Shown piece by piece: positions 9,522-19,400 of a stretch of DNA of 64,000 bases. Location of the stretch: the IMG/VR virus record IMGVR_UViG_3300008262_000026; one strand, given 5' to 3'. The DNA comes from a virus. Its lineage: Duplodnaviria > Heunggongvirae > Uroviricota > Caudoviricetes. The translations under genes were made by a program, and so were the position numbers. The stretch's first letter is position 1, and the number at the start of each line of letters is the position of its first letter. A model generated the notes under the pieces. The model was given only the letters and a program-made list of their open reading frames with translations, did not search any database and was not told the DNA's origin.

Positions 9522-9722
9522 ATGAAAAAAGTTGATTGCAATAACTGTATCAAGTTATGGGATATACTTGACGATATTGACACTGCTAGTGATATAATAA
9601 AACCTACCGATGAAGGTGGTTATCGTAAATTTTATGATTATGTTATGACTAAAGTAAATGATAGATTCTCAATCATTAGCAGTGATGGGTACTCATTGTT
9701 TTATGGACAGTCCAATGACTAA
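9522..9722 (+). CDS. hypothetical protein
   Basis: Start trimmed to MKKVDCNNC. Confidence 0.4.
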   Translation: MKKVDCNNCIKLWDILDDIDTASDIIKPTDEGGYRKFYDYVMTKVNDRFSIISSDGYSLFYGQSND

Positions 9723-9990
9723 CAGAAATCAATGCTTACAGGTTACTCTATTTTATGGTGATGTGGTGAATGAGTTTGATAAACTCTTAACCGATTTGAG
9801 GCACTCTTATATCAAAGAAAGGTTCCATTCTTTTGTTCATGGGCAATGTTATAAATTCATCATTATAGAATATAAAGAGCAAGAAGCAATTTCCTCATTT
9901 CTTTCTCACAGAGAAGATGTTCTCACAAACCGAATCATCACTTTGACTGATGAACAAGTAAGTGTCCTAATTAGTTTATTTTTAAAATGA
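9715..9990 (+). CDS. hypothetical protein
   Basis: Start trimmed to ATGACTAAC overlapping the upstream stop. Confidence 0.4.
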   Translation: MTNRNQCLQVTLFYGDVVNEFDKLLTDLRHSYIKERFHSFVHGQCYKFIIIEYKEQEAISSFLSHREDVLTNRIITLTDEQVSVLISLFLK

Positions 9991-10565
9991 AGCAATTCAA
10001 CATCAATGAAACCGTAAAACTTCACCAACCAAACTGGTATGAAGTTGATGTAGATAAACTCTCTAAAGCAACAATGAAAGATGTAGCACATCTTCTTGCT
10101 TCTTTGCGAGTTTCTGAAACTTATGATTATTTTGAGGCAGTCAAACCATTCCTCAAAATCCCAGAGAAATCTAAAACTCTAGAAGAAATCCAGCAAGAAC
10201 TGGATGAGAAGTTTGAGAAACTCTTAGCAACAACTAAGAAGGAATTTGCTGTATCTAAACAAAGGGCAGAGTACGATTTTGACAAAAAGTTTTATAGAAT
10301 AAATGAGAACTTTAAGTATATAAAACAATGGGGTCGTCTTCCATACATTACTTTAGACTCAACTGTACCTCCTCAAATGAATGGTGCTTATTTTGTATCA
10401 ACGGGTTCTGCACAACAATGGACAACTGAATTTAGATTTGGAAAAGGTAATGTTGGTTATTACTGTATTGAACCAGATGTGAAGTTTCATATGAGTAAGA
10501 AACCGAATTTTATTGTGAGATTCTTTATGAATAAGTGTCTTGGGTTCAAGTGGAGGGATGTATGA
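9987..10565 (+). CDS. hypothetical protein (192 aa)
   Basis: Plus-strand ORF. Confidence 0.5.
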   Translation: MKQFNINETVKLHQPNWYEVDVDKLSKATMKDVAHLLASLRVSETYDYFEAVKPFLKIPEKSKTLEEIQQELDEKFEKLLATTKKEFAVSKQRAEYDFDKKFYRINENFKYIKQWGRLPYITLDSTVPPQMNGAYFVSTGSAQQWTTEFRFGKGNVGYYCIEPDVKFHMSKKPNFIVRFFMNKCLGFKWRDV

Positions 10566-10735
10566 TTAAACTGACTTACGAAGAATGGGAACCAGAGTAT
10601 ATTAGAACACACTGTAGTGTCACAGAAGAAGAAATTGAAAAGTTTAAAGACCAATATTATGGTGGTTTGAATACTTATGATGAGTTTAAACAAATTCTAA
10701 AAGAAGAATATGAGAGGTATCTGAAAGATGACTAA
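10562..10735 (+). CDS. hypothetical protein
   Basis: Start trimmed to MIKLTYEE. Confidence 0.4.
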   Translation: MIKLTYEEWEPEYIRTHCSVTEEEIEKFKDQYYGGLNTYDEFKQILKEEYERYLKDD

Positions 10736-10961
10736 CCCAAATCCAGAATGTCCCAGGGAAGACTGTAGATTTACTCAAAGTTTTGGAATGACAACTTGTG
10801 TTTATTATCCACCAGTTTATGATAAGAATGGAGTGAATATTAATCCTGATGGAAACACAACAACTTTTGAGGTTTATTGTGGTTCTTGTGGTAAAACGTG
10901 GGTAGGTAGAACTCGTTTGGGCAAAACGACTTATGAGGAAGTAAAGAATGACTCAAATTGA
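10728..10961 (+). CDS. hypothetical zinc-ribbon protein
   Basis: CPREDC ... CGSCGK four-Cys arrangement. Confidence 0.45.
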   Translation: MTNPNPECPREDCRFTQSFGMTTCVYYPPVYDKNGVNINPDGNTTTFEVYCGSCGKTWVGRTRLGKTTYEEVKNDSN

Positions 10962-11133
10962 AATAGGTTCCAAATGGAAACATAAGGACTCTGATGATAC
11001 CTATGTTGCAATAAAACAATATTCTCATAGAGTTGTTCTTAAGCACGAATTGTCTGGAATAGTTGTAAGAGTTAGTGTGGGGCATCTGAATCCTGATGGT
11101 TTTGCTGAATATGAGAGGATGAAAAATGACTGA
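10948..11133 (+). CDS. hypothetical protein
   Basis: Plus-strand ORF. Confidence 0.45.
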   Translation: MTQIEIGSKWKHKDSDDTYVAIKQYSHRVVLKHELSGIVVRVSVGHLNPDGFAEYERMKND

Positions 11134-11320
11134 AACTTGGTATGTTCTTTATGGTGGAACCAGTGTAGATGGAAGAGGTCCGGGAATTTATGTTGGAAGA
11201 ACCACCGACGAAAAGGTAGCACTGGAACACTACCATAAGTGTAGGAAAGACCCTTATAGCACTGGATATGTGCTGGTTTATATGGACGACAAAGCATACA
11301 GAATGTATATTTCAGAATGA
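11126..11320 (+). CDS. hypothetical protein
   Basis: Plus-strand ORF. Confidence 0.45.
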   Translation: MTETWYVLYGGTSVDGRGPGIYVGRTTDEKVALEHYHKCRKDPYSTGYVLVYMDDKAYRMYISE

Positions 11321-11321
11321 T

Positions 11322-11747
11322 ATGACGAATCCACTAATTCAGAAGTTCTATGAGTTGCATCCAGAGAAGAAGCAAACTCCAAAAGTCATAAAAGCAGAAA
11401 ACTTTAAAGTAGAAATAAAACCAAAGGTTCAATACGAACTTGATAAGAAGTTTTCAGAGCAACTTAACGATTTGCAAGTTAAATTTGCCGAACAAGTTAA
11501 ATTTGCTGGATATTCAAACCCATCAGTTGCAACAGCACCATATAATCCAAGTGCAAACACAAAAGCATCAACAAGTATCAAATCTTATGATGTGAATAGT
11601 GTTTCCGATTCGTTTTTTCAAGTTGCAGAAAAAATCAAAGATGGAACAGCAAAAGTAACCAGTATGAATATGGAATATGATAATGTTGGTGGTAGTTTTA
11701 TGGCAGGACAAAGAATAACCTTTGAGGTTTATGTTTATGAATTCTGA
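11322..11747 (+). CDS. hypothetical protein
   Basis: Start trimmed to MTNPLIQKF. Confidence 0.45.
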   Translation: MTNPLIQKFYELHPEKKQTPKVIKAENFKVEIKPKVQYELDKKFSEQLNDLQVKFAEQVKFAGYSNPSVATAPYNPSANTKASTSIKSYDVNSVSDSFFQVAEKIKDGTAKVTSMNMEYDNVGGSFMAGQRITFEVYVYEF

Positions 11748-11888
11748 AGAACTTATCAAAAAAATTGAGAATATCTTACAAGGCAAGTCACTTGAAGAAT
11801 ACTTGAGGGAGAATATCGTAACTCAAGAAGAAAGGGATTATATTGATAGGGTATTATTAAAATCAATCTATGAGAAGTTTGGTGAGGA

Positions 11889-11943
11889 CACCTGAAGAAC
11901 TGGCACAAGGGCATCCCACAGGTGCCCTTTTTGCCTTATAATA
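11889..11943 (+). terminator. cassette A3 (terminator + TATAAT 11937..11942)
   Basis: Same architecture. Confidence 0.6.
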
Positions 11944-12132
11944 ACTGCATACACACAAACACATTATGGAAGCAAAAGTTACTAAAACTCTAACTTTGGT
12001 TTTGAGTGAATCTGATTGTAAAGAATTGAGAAATCAATTGGTAGAAATTGATGAACTTTGGAATCTTGAAGCAGCAGAGTTGAAGGAGTATTATAAAGGG
12101 TCTACTCTTGGTAAATTGTGGGAACATCTAAA

Positions 12133-12175
12133 CACTTTCTAAACTGGCACAAGAACACCACTTACGTATGAACTG
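12133..12175 (+). promoter_or_regulatory. hybrid element: ACTGGCACAAG (cassette-A core) fused to ...CGTATGAACTGATG (motif-B-like 3' end)
   Basis: CACTTTCTAAACTGGCACAAGAACACCACTTACGTATGAACTGATGACT precedes ORF 12176. Confidence 0.35.
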
Positions 12176-12466
12176 ATGACTACTGTTTATCTTTTGTTTT
12201 ACGACCCTGATACTGGTTCTAGAGAAGAATGGAACTACAACTATACTCCTTGTGAGTCGTTTTCAAATCCCGAAGACCGTGAAAAGCGAATTGAATATTT
12301 GAAAACTTCTAAGAACGATGATGGTGACAGTTGCGAATATGAGTTTCTAAGGTATGATATTGAAACTATGACTTCCAATCAACTTCAAAATCCACCTGAA
12401 TTCAATGTAAGCCCAAGAGGTGAATGGACTTATTCACATGAATATCTACAAGACGAGGACACTTGA
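12176..12466 (+). CDS. hypothetical acidic protein
   Basis: Plus-strand ORF between hybrid motif 12133..12175 and cassette 12459..12515. Confidence 0.5.
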   Translation: MTTVYLLFYDPDTGSREEWNYNYTPCESFSNPEDREKRIEYLKTSKNDDGDSCEYEFLRYDIETMTSNQLQNPPEFNVSPRGEWTYSHEYLQDEDT

Positions 12467-12515
12467 ACAACTGGCACAAGGGCACTTCACAGGTGTCCTT
12501 TTTTGCAGTATAATG
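12459..12515 (+). terminator. cassette A4 (terminator + TATAAT 12509..12514)
   Basis: Same architecture with GU-containing stem. Confidence 0.55.
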
Positions 12516-12535
12516 ACCTTATCAGATACACTCTT

Positions 12536-12757
12536 ATGGAAACTGTAGTTTTATTGTTAGAAGGTCCTGATGGTAGGAGTTATACTGCAACTAATTTTTA
12601 TAAAGATTCTTGGGTTGTTAGGAGATTTTTAGATATGAGACCATCTGATTGGTGGATAAGTAATAGTTTCAGACAATGTGGTGTTTGTAATACATATACT
12701 TCTGAATTATTAGAAGAAACATTTACTATCTTGGCAGAAAGAAGGATTTTGCTATGA
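12536..12757 (+). CDS. hypothetical protein
   Basis: Start trimmed to the ATG downstream of the TATAAT at 12509. Confidence 0.4.
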   Translation: METVVLLLEGPDGRSYTATNFYKDSWVVRRFLDMRPSDWWISNSFRQCGVCNTYTSELLEETFTILAERRILL

Positions 12758-12918
12758 CTGAAGACCAAAAAGAAGTTGCAAGATACTTGATGGAAGAACT
12801 GCGGCATCTTGCTCATAAGGAAGAACTAGAACAAAAATATTATGATTATGGACTTGATGACTTGCTCAATGCTACTGCTGATTTCCTTGAGGTGATGGTA
12901 AATGAAAATTCTAATTGA
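12754..12918 (+). CDS. hypothetical protein (54 aa)
   Basis: ATGACTGAA start. Not in track. Confidence 0.4.
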   Translation: MTEDQKEVARYLMEELRHLAHKEELEQKYYDYGLDDLLNATADFLEVMVNENSN

Positions 12919-13075
12919 ACAAGATTCCACAGGAACTGGAAGGTTTTGGTGGGACCTTAATACTGGTCCAGAGCACATTGACCGTTATTGTGGATTTGCT
13001 GATACTTTAGGTGAAGCATTTGAGGAAGTTGTAAAAAGCAACACTCTTAATGCCACTCGTTACTTTGGTGAATAA
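12902..13075 (+). CDS. hypothetical protein (57 aa)
   Basis: MKILIEQDST... Not in track. Confidence 0.4.
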   Translation: MKILIEQDSTGTGRFWWDLNTGPEHIDRYCGFADTLGEAFEEVVKSNTLNATRYFGE

Positions 13076-13076
13076 A

Positions 13077-13697
13077 ATGAAAAATAAAGAAATTGAACAA
13101 GTAAAACAAGAAATCAAAGTTTTGCAATCAAAACTTGCGTTGCTGGAAGAAATGGAAAAGTATAAGAGTCCAGCAGAGGAAGCATATAAAGAGTGGATGG
13201 GTAAGTATCCTCCAACGGATGAAAGTGTTGATAATACTGATGATATAAGGTGGAGAGCATTTCAAATGGGTTGGATGAAAGCACAGCAAACTTATGAGGT
13301 AGGAGAGTATCAACCAACACCACAAACTCCAGAGCAAGTTGAAGAAGGACTAAAACAAGCATTCAGAGAAGCAAAAGAATCTGAAGGGTGGCAAGACACA
13401 CAAAAAAAGATTGAGGGATTTATTTCTATTGAAGAACTTGATTGTATAAGGTTGCGACTTGGGAAAACCTTAGAAGATGTGATTAGGGAATGGACTACTA
13501 TTTTCAATATTCGGGGTGATATGGATAGAACCACTATGATTCAAGATTTGTGCAATAAAATATATGGATGGTTGCCTGCCGAACAAAATAGTAAAGGAAC
13601 ACAAAGGATAGAAACTGAAATTGCTGTTGATTCTCATAATGAACTTCTAAACAAAATCAAATCAAAGATTTATAGTAATGAAGGACATTCTAATTAA
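13077..13697 (+). CDS. hypothetical coiled-coil protein
   Basis: Start trimmed to MKNKEIEQVKQEIKVLQSKLALLEE. Confidence 0.5.
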   Translation: MKNKEIEQVKQEIKVLQSKLALLEEMEKYKSPAEEAYKEWMGKYPPTDESVDNTDDIRWRAFQMGWMKAQQTYEVGEYQPTPQTPEQVEEGLKQAFREAKESEGWQDTQKKIEGFISIEELDCIRLRLGKTLEDVIREWTTIFNIRGDMDRTTMIQDLCNKIYGWLPAEQNSKGTQRIETEIAVDSHNELLNKIKSKIYSNEGHSN

Positions 13698-14082
13698 ACT
13701 CAAACCACTTCAATGGGTTCCTCCATCACAAACATTGGAGGAATTCTATTTTGGTGTATGTCCTACTCCAGCCATCACATCTAAGAGATTCAAGTATCTC
13801 AAGAGTATTGATTCTCCTTATGTTGATATCTACTCTGATTATGATACTTATGCGACTGCTGTTTCTCAACACGACTCCATACACTACTTGACAGGATATG
13901 GATTTGATAGGTATGATGAAAGTAAGATTGCACACATAGAAGCATCATTCAATTTGAGTGATTATCCAATTACAAAGGGAAACCTTGATTACTATAGAAA
14001 CCGAATCAAGTTTCAGATACCCAAAGGACTTGGTAGGAAAGTAATTCTTGAAACCGCAGAAAACCTTAGAGATTTATACTAA
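13678..14082 (+). CDS. hypothetical protein
   Basis: Plus-strand ORF. Confidence 0.45.
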   Translation: MKDILIKLKPLQWVPPSQTLEEFYFGVCPTPAITSKRFKYLKSIDSPYVDIYSDYDTYATAVSQHDSIHYLTGYGFDRYDESKIAHIEASFNLSDYPITKGNLDYYRNRIKFQIPKGLGRKVILETAENLRDLY

Positions 14083-14100
14083 ACAACACAAGAGGAACCT

Positions 14101-14469
14101 ATGACTTACGACAAACAACTTGCAGAAGAACTTTACGAAGGACTCAAAGACCTTCAGGATTATATCAATTATTATAATATTCCACTTCCATTAGTTGAGA
14201 AATATAGTAATCTCATTCATAGATATGAAGAACAAAAAGACAGGGGAACTGGAAGAACCACTACACTTTATATGCAAGCAATTGCAAATGCACTTGCGAA
14301 TCCCGGAAAGGAAGTGGAGTTTATTGACCATTTTCCAGTGACTTGTAATGTTAGTCGCCACGCAAGTAACATAACAAGTATTATTGAAAAACTTGGATAT
14401 AATATTTCTGTATCAATCAATTCTAAAAAAGTAATTCTCTGTAATACCTTTCGTGGAGTTGGAAGGTGA
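14101..14469 (+). CDS. hypothetical protein
   Basis: Plus-strand ORF. Confidence 0.5.
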   Translation: MTYDKQLAEELYEGLKDLQDYINYYNIPLPLVEKYSNLIHRYEEQKDRGTGRTTTLYMQAIANALANPGKEVEFIDHFPVTCNVSRHASNITSIIEKLGYNISVSINSKKVILCNTFRGVGR

Positions 14470-14852
14470 CTGATAATCAAAATGTAAGACCAGAAGTAAT
14501 CAAAAATGCTCTGGAGTTTATTGATGAGTATTCTGGTGCTTTGAAAGAACTTGCTGACATTGAACGCACTGAACGCGAACAAAGAAGTAATCGTATTCTT
14601 CAACGATACAATGATTACTACAATCTTGAATGTGCTTCTCTTCCTCACGGCACACCTATTACACCAGAGCATCAGCAAATGATTACACTTCAATGTATGA
14701 TTGATGCGTTGAGGTGTGAGAATCTCAATCGGGAATATAACCAGATTGATATTGTTGATATTGAGGACTTGATTGAACGATTGGATAAACAAGCAACTGC
14801 ATTTCTGAAAAAAGTTAGAGAGTTCAAAGACAGTGCTGATGGGGTAGCATAA
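14466..14852 (+). CDS. hypothetical protein
   Basis: Plus-strand ORF followed by cassette 14863..14910. Confidence 0.5.
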   Translation: MTDNQNVRPEVIKNALEFIDEYSGALKELADIERTEREQRSNRILQRYNDYYNLECASLPHGTPITPEHQQMITLQCMIDALRCENLNREYNQIDIVDIEDLIERLDKQATAFLKKVREFKDSADGVA

Positions 14853-14862
14853 GGACAGATAA

Positions 14863-14910
14863 AGAACTGGCACAAGGGCATCCCATAGGTGCCCTTTTTG
14901 GTCTATAATA
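14863..14910 (+). terminator. cassette A5 (terminator + TATAAT 14904..14909)
   Basis: Same architecture. Confidence 0.6.
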
Positions 14911-14932
14911 CTCTTATACACAAAGAACTCAA

Positions 14933-15457
14933 ATGACTATTGACCTTTCAAAATACATCGGACAAGAAGTTGTGGGAACTCTTGCCGATGAAACTAAAAT
15001 TATTGGCACTATTAAATTTATCAATGAATGGGAATCATATCCTTATTCCATAAGTGGATGGTTCTTTAATAAAAAAGGGAAGGGTTATACTAGATCTCAA
15101 ATCACATCAATCACACCAATCAACCCAACTATGAACGGCATTGCACAATGTAGTCCCAACATTAATCTTTCAGATTTTGAAGGTCAGAAAGTTTATTTTA
15201 AGTGTGTGAATGATAATGAGATGTTTGGAACGGTGGTTAAATCTCTTTCTTCAAACAGATGTTATGTCAATATTCCCTGTGGTGGTAGTTTTATAACGTC
15301 TGACCTTCAAGAAATCTACGGTGAAGGTGCCTACGAAATCAAAACCAAATCAACCTTTGATGAACCCTCTGACTCTGCAGTAGAAAAAGCAAAGGAAGCA
15401 ATCAAAGACCTCACAGAGGAACAAATCGCAAAACTTCTTCACAGTTTGAAAAAATGA
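14933..15457 (+). CDS. hypothetical protein
   Basis: Plus-strand ORF. Confidence 0.5.
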   Translation: MTIDLSKYIGQEVVGTLADETKIIGTIKFINEWESYPYSISGWFFNKKGKGYTRSQITSITPINPTMNGIAQCSPNINLSDFEGQKVYFKCVNDNEMFGTVVKSLSSNRCYVNIPCGGSFITSDLQEIYGEGAYEIKTKSTFDEPSDSAVEKAKEAIKDLTEEQIAKLLHSLKK

Positions 15458-15888
15458 CCAAACTTTTTATCTACAATCCAACTCACCCAGATGCCAAATC
15501 TAATGGCATTATTGAGTATGATATTCTCTGTGCTACTATGCGTCTGACTGGAGAAGATAAAGGTCTTGTTCGGTTTGTCTATGATACTAATGGTTGGTAT
15601 TGGCATATTGATGATATTGACAAACAATATGTTGATGGTGGAGGAGCACTGAGTAAGATTGAAAATGCTTTTGCTGCCGAAGAAGGAACTGAGTTTGTGG
15701 GATGGAAAAGGACTAAACAATATCGTCTCACGAAAGAGGAAATCAACTCATTTGTGATTGGAAAAAAAGAAAAGGTAGAAGGTGGAACAATGACATATTA
15801 TAAAGTATTTGTTCCTTGTGGTGTGGCAAGAGTTCTTCCTTCATATGTTTCTGGTAACAAACAAAATTGCGGAATTCTCAACAAATGA
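15454..15888 (+). CDS. hypothetical protein
   Basis: Plus-strand ORF. Confidence 0.5.
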   Translation: MTKLFIYNPTHPDAKSNGIIEYDILCATMRLTGEDKGLVRFVYDTNGWYWHIDDIDKQYVDGGGALSKIENAFAAEEGTEFVGWKRTKQYRLTKEEINSFVIGKKEKVEGGTMTYYKVFVPCGVARVLPSYVSGNKQNCGILNK

Positions 15889-16154
15889 CTAAACTTTGTA
15901 AGGACTGTGTGTATTATAAGCACTATGACAGTTCAATGAATACTAATGGGTGGTTGGATGAATGCACTTGCCCAGCACTGAAAAAGAAACCAAATCCCGT
16001 AACTGGAGAAGTTGCTAAAACATATTGCAGTTCTGAAAGGGATTATGATAGGCGTTGTGGTCAGAATGGTAGGTATTGGAAATCAAAAGATGCACCAGAA
16101 CCAGAACCAAACATTAAGGATTCTTGGTTGAATAAAATTTTTAATATTTTTTGA
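15885..16154 (+). CDS. hypothetical Cys-rich protein
   Basis: Start trimmed to MTKLCKDCVYY. Confidence 0.45.
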   Translation: MTKLCKDCVYYKHYDSSMNTNGWLDECTCPALKKKPNPVTGEVAKTYCSSERDYDRRCGQNGRYWKSKDAPEPEPNIKDSWLNKIFNIF

Positions 16155-16435
16155 TTAGTAGGTATTGGGAAATGACTGACAAATTTACGATTGAAGACCT
16201 TTTTGATTATGTGTGTAGATACATTGCCTCTGCTTCTTCAAGTGATGAGATTACAGATACTCATAAACGATATGCGATTCTAATCTTTACTGGATTTCAA
16301 GAGTATGTTCTTGACCATTGGCAGGGTGAAGATAATGCAGATGATGCTTGGGTAGATATGAAAGACCTTGACTTTGCTGATTTTGTTTCTAAAAAACTTG
16401 ATGAAATTGAGCAAAAAACAAATGAATCTTCTTGA
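16151..16435 (+). CDS. hypothetical protein
   Basis: Plus-strand ORF. Confidence 0.45.
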   Translation: MISRYWEMTDKFTIEDLFDYVCRYIASASSSDEITDTHKRYAILIFTGFQEYVLDHWQGEDNADDAWVDMKDLDFADFVSKKLDEIEQKTNESS

Positions 16436-16619
16436 GCAACAGTGGAACTTTGATAAGTGTTGGTGTAACGAATGCTGTAAGAAAGAAACTGGATTTTATA
16501 ATATGGCACGAATGGTACTTTGTCCCGAATGCGGTAATAAAAGATGCCCAAGAGCAACCAATCATATGCTAGAATGCACTGGTAGCAACGAACCCAATCA
16601 GGAAGGGAGTATTTACTAA
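16422..16619 (+). CDS. hypothetical zinc-binding protein
   Basis: CWCNECC...CPECGNKRCP. Start trimmed. Confidence 0.45.
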   Translation: MNLLEQQWNFDKCWCNECCKKETGFYNMARMVLCPECGNKRCPRATNHMLECTGSNEPNQEGSIY

Positions 16620-16813
16620 TGAATAAAAAACTTCAACAGTTCTGGATTAGGCGACATATGTGGAGTTGGTGTTTTGATTGTTGGTTTAAACTAATGTATC
16701 CACATATTTTCTACGCTCAACTTGGCGGATATGATAAATTTGATACAGAAGATGATAATTGGTGGTTTTGGATGTATTTGAACAACTTTAATGGAGATTT
16801 GGAGGAAAGATGA
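16619..16813 (+). CDS. hypothetical protein
   Basis: Plus-strand ORF. Confidence 0.4.
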   Translation: MNKKLQQFWIRRHMWSWCFDCWFKLMYPHIFYAQLGGYDKFDTEDDNWWFWMYLNNFNGDLEER

Positions 16814-17025
16814 AAAACTTTCTTCTCACCTTATGGTATAGATACAAGGAATGGAGATATGAACGCAAGTGTATCAAATACTTTGGAGCAAAACCAGAAA
16901 AGATTTACCTACCAGCAGAAGATTATGATTTTCTTGTGAAGAAACTACAAGAACCACCTGACCCAGAAGCAATGAAAAGAATGAAAGAACTGCTTGAACG
17001 AACTTCACCTTGGGAAACAAAATGA
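16810..17025 (+). CDS. hypothetical protein
   Basis: Plus-strand ORF. Confidence 0.45.
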   Translation: MKNFLLTLWYRYKEWRYERKCIKYFGAKPEKIYLPAEDYDFLVKKLQEPPDPEAMKRMKELLERTSPWETK

Positions 17026-17207
17026 AAAAACAAGATCTCAAAGAACTTCTTACTCCAGAGTTTCTATCAACTCTTCGTATTGCGGTAGAGTGTTGTAATT
17101 GGGATGTTGATATGGTTGAAACTATGAACTTTTGCTATTGGTGCTATGAAATGGTAGATTTGCCCCTGCCAGAATTTGATATGAGTTTTGAAATGGAGGA
17201 AGAATGA
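17022..17207 (+). CDS. hypothetical protein
   Basis: Start trimmed. Confidence 0.4.
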   Translation: MKKQDLKELLTPEFLSTLRIAVECCNWDVDMVETMNFCYWCYEMVDLPLPEFDMSFEMEEE

Positions 17208-17526
17208 AATACAACACCACAATGATTTTAGATGGTAAAACTATTGATGTGATGATTGAAGCAAATACACTTCAAGAGGCAAAGATTCTGATTAAACAAA
17301 AATACAAGAACTCTCAAGTAATTGGAGTTTGTGTAATTCCCCCTTATAAAAATGACTAAAACTATGGAATTTACTCCCGAAGAACAGAAAGTCATTTTCA
17401 ATGCAGTTAGGCAATATCAAATGAATAAAGTTTCCTTGAATGGAAATCAGTATAAGGTATGTGAGGAGATTCTAAACAAGATTTTCCCTCAAGTTTATAC
17501 TCAAAAACAAGAACAACCCACTTAAA

Positions 17527-17922
17527 ATGTTTAGCAAGAAAGTATTATCCACTGACAAGGCAAAAACCACACTTAACTGGTGGGAATATTGGATTGGTCA
17601 CTGTATTGCAACAGGTTTTCAATCTATGCGACTTGCTTTCATTAACTGGACACATTTGATGTGGTTTGAGGAAGAACAGAAGAACTATGCTCTTCTGAAA
17701 GATGATGACCCACTGGAGCAGTGTATCTTATACTTTTGGGATTCTCTTGAAGATGAAACATACCCCAAAGAGTTTCTTGAAGAACTAATGCAAATGGCAG
17801 ATGATGTTCAAACTGGTAAAGTAAAGACAGTTCCATTCACTCAAGATATGATGAATGAGATTATGGACTTGGTGGGTGACACTTTGGAAACCGGCACAGA
17901 GGACTGTCAGGATTGTGATTGA
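17527..17922 (+). CDS. hypothetical protein
   Basis: Plus-strand ORF. Confidence 0.5.
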   Translation: MFSKKVLSTDKAKTTLNWWEYWIGHCIATGFQSMRLAFINWTHLMWFEEEQKNYALLKDDDPLEQCILYFWDSLEDETYPKEFLEELMQMADDVQTGKVKTVPFTQDMMNEIMDLVGDTLETGTEDCQDCD

Positions 17923-17955
17923 TGCATTATAATATTTACATATGAATGAGATTTT

Positions 17956-18180
17956 ATGACTGAACTTTCTCCAGCAGCACAAGCAGTAATGGATGCTTGG
18001 TGGAATGATTCAAAAGACAATCGTTCTGGTATTGCTGCTGCTCTCCGTGCTGTTGTAAATCAAATTGAGGTGATTCCACTTTACAGAAATCCTGTGGATG
18101 CTGCAGTTCATCACACTCAAATGAAAATCCAAAAACAACTTATTTCTATTGCCGACGAACTTGATGGAACCAATGAATAA
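17956..18180 (+). CDS. hypothetical protein
   Basis: Plus-strand ORF. Related to 5219..5419. Confidence 0.45.
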   Translation: MTELSPAAQAVMDAWWNDSKDNRSGIAAALRAVVNQIEVIPLYRNPVDAAVHHTQMKIQKQLISIADELDGTNE

Positions 18181-18376
18181 CATCACAGAAACAGAAGAAA
18201 TCTTTGAGGAATGGTTCAATGAACTGGAAGGATTCTCTTATCGTTCCGAACGATTCTGGGATGATTTCTATTATGCCTCAAGGTCTGGTGATACAAAATC
18301 TATGACCAAGTGGTTGAAAACTGCCTTTCAGGTAGGTTATGATGCCGCACAAAAATCTTATGGAGGAACTCAATGA
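18149..18376 (+). CDS. hypothetical protein
   Basis: Plus-strand ORF. True start probably the internal MNNITE. Confidence 0.4.
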   Translation: MPTNLMEPMNNITETEEIFEEWFNELEGFSYRSERFWDDFYYASRSGDTKSMTKWLKTAFQVGYDAAQKSYGGTQ

Positions 18377-18687
18377 TTGAAACTTTGATTGCTGGTCTTA
18401 CTTGTGGAATTGCTACATTCTATGGAATGGGTGATGGATTTCACGGACAAACTACTGCCAATGGAGAACGATTTGATGCTTACCGTTGGACTGCGGCCCA
18501 TCCCCATCTTGCAATGGGAACAAAGATTCGTGTAACAAATCAAGATAATGGAAAACAGGTAATCGTGCGAGTAAATGATAGGGGTCCGTATTCTCACGCA
18601 AATATTGACCTTTCCTATGCTGCATTTGCTCACATTGCATCCACAAGTAAAGGAAATGCCACTGTTTGTTGGAGAGTTGTTGGATGA
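18373..18687 (+). CDS. RlpA-like double-psi beta-barrel (DPBB) protein
   Basis: TANGERFD...AAH..L..GT.IRVTN..NGK.V.VRVNDRGPY...IDLS.AAF matches the RlpA/expansin-like DPBB signature. Confidence 0.6.
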   Translation: MIETLIAGLTCGIATFYGMGDGFHGQTTANGERFDAYRWTAAHPHLAMGTKIRVTNQDNGKQVIVRVNDRGPYSHANIDLSYAAFAHIASTSKGNATVCWRVVG

Positions 18688-19013
18688 TTGATACTTCTTT
18701 GTTCCCTTATGAAACTTTCCCAGTAAGGCTAGAAGTTACTCAAGAGAATAGAATCTGTTGGTTTAAGGATAAGGTGGACCTACAGAAGCATATAGACAGA
18801 TATAAACTGGACAAAAGAAAAATTAAGGTATTCTATCGCGATGAAAAATCCACTGAGCCTAGTAAAACAGACAAGAAAACGGTACGACAAAGAACTCCAA
18901 AAAACAGTGCTGGAAGTGCAAATACAGGTAGGAAACGCACCAAAAGCGTGGATAAACCTAGAAACACTGCTGGAACTCCAAAAGCAAAACCAAAACCAAG
19001 AAAACCAAAATGA
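18684..19013 (+). CDS. hypothetical protein with highly basic C-terminal tail
   Basis: C-terminus PKNSAGSANTGRKRTKSVDKPRNTAGTPKAKPKPRKPK. Confidence 0.45.
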   Translation: MIDTSLFPYETFPVRLEVTQENRICWFKDKVDLQKHIDRYKLDKRKIKVFYRDEKSTEPSKTDKKTVRQRTPKNSAGSANTGRKRTKSVDKPRNTAGTPKAKPKPRKPK

Positions 19014-19154
19014 CTAAAAAGGAAAAACTTACCTTAGCCTTGACTCATTTGGATGATATGACTAAACTGGTAGAGGGAAATTTGTGGGAAGGATTTCTTT
19101 CTTCTCATATTATTCCTATTAGGTTTGAAATAATCCGACAATTGCAATTGGAGA

Positions 19155-19376
19155 ATGTTGATGAGTGAGTATAACTGGATTGATGATAGTTTTCGTATTG
19201 AAAAAAAGAAATGGGGAACCTATCAATCCTTTGACAAAGAAGGCAATGGTATCATTACATCGCTCACAGAAGAGCAATGTATTTTTTCCACTCGTCATTA
19301 CTTGAAGAGTAAATTTGAGAATAAGATTGATGAAACCGTGACAAAATACGACGGTAAAATGAGTTATCAACTCTAA
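19155..19376 (+). CDS. hypothetical protein
   Basis: Plus-strand ORF. Confidence 0.45.
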   Translation: MLMSEYNWIDDSFRIEKKKWGTYQSFDKEGNGIITSLTEEQCIFSTRHYLKSKFENKIDETVTKYDGKMSYQL

Positions 19377-19400
19377 ATACGAAAAGAAAAAGCATTTTAG

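Noticed and set aside
14268-14921. 217-aa minus-strand ORF
   Set aside because: Spans two + strand genes and a terminator cassette. No support.
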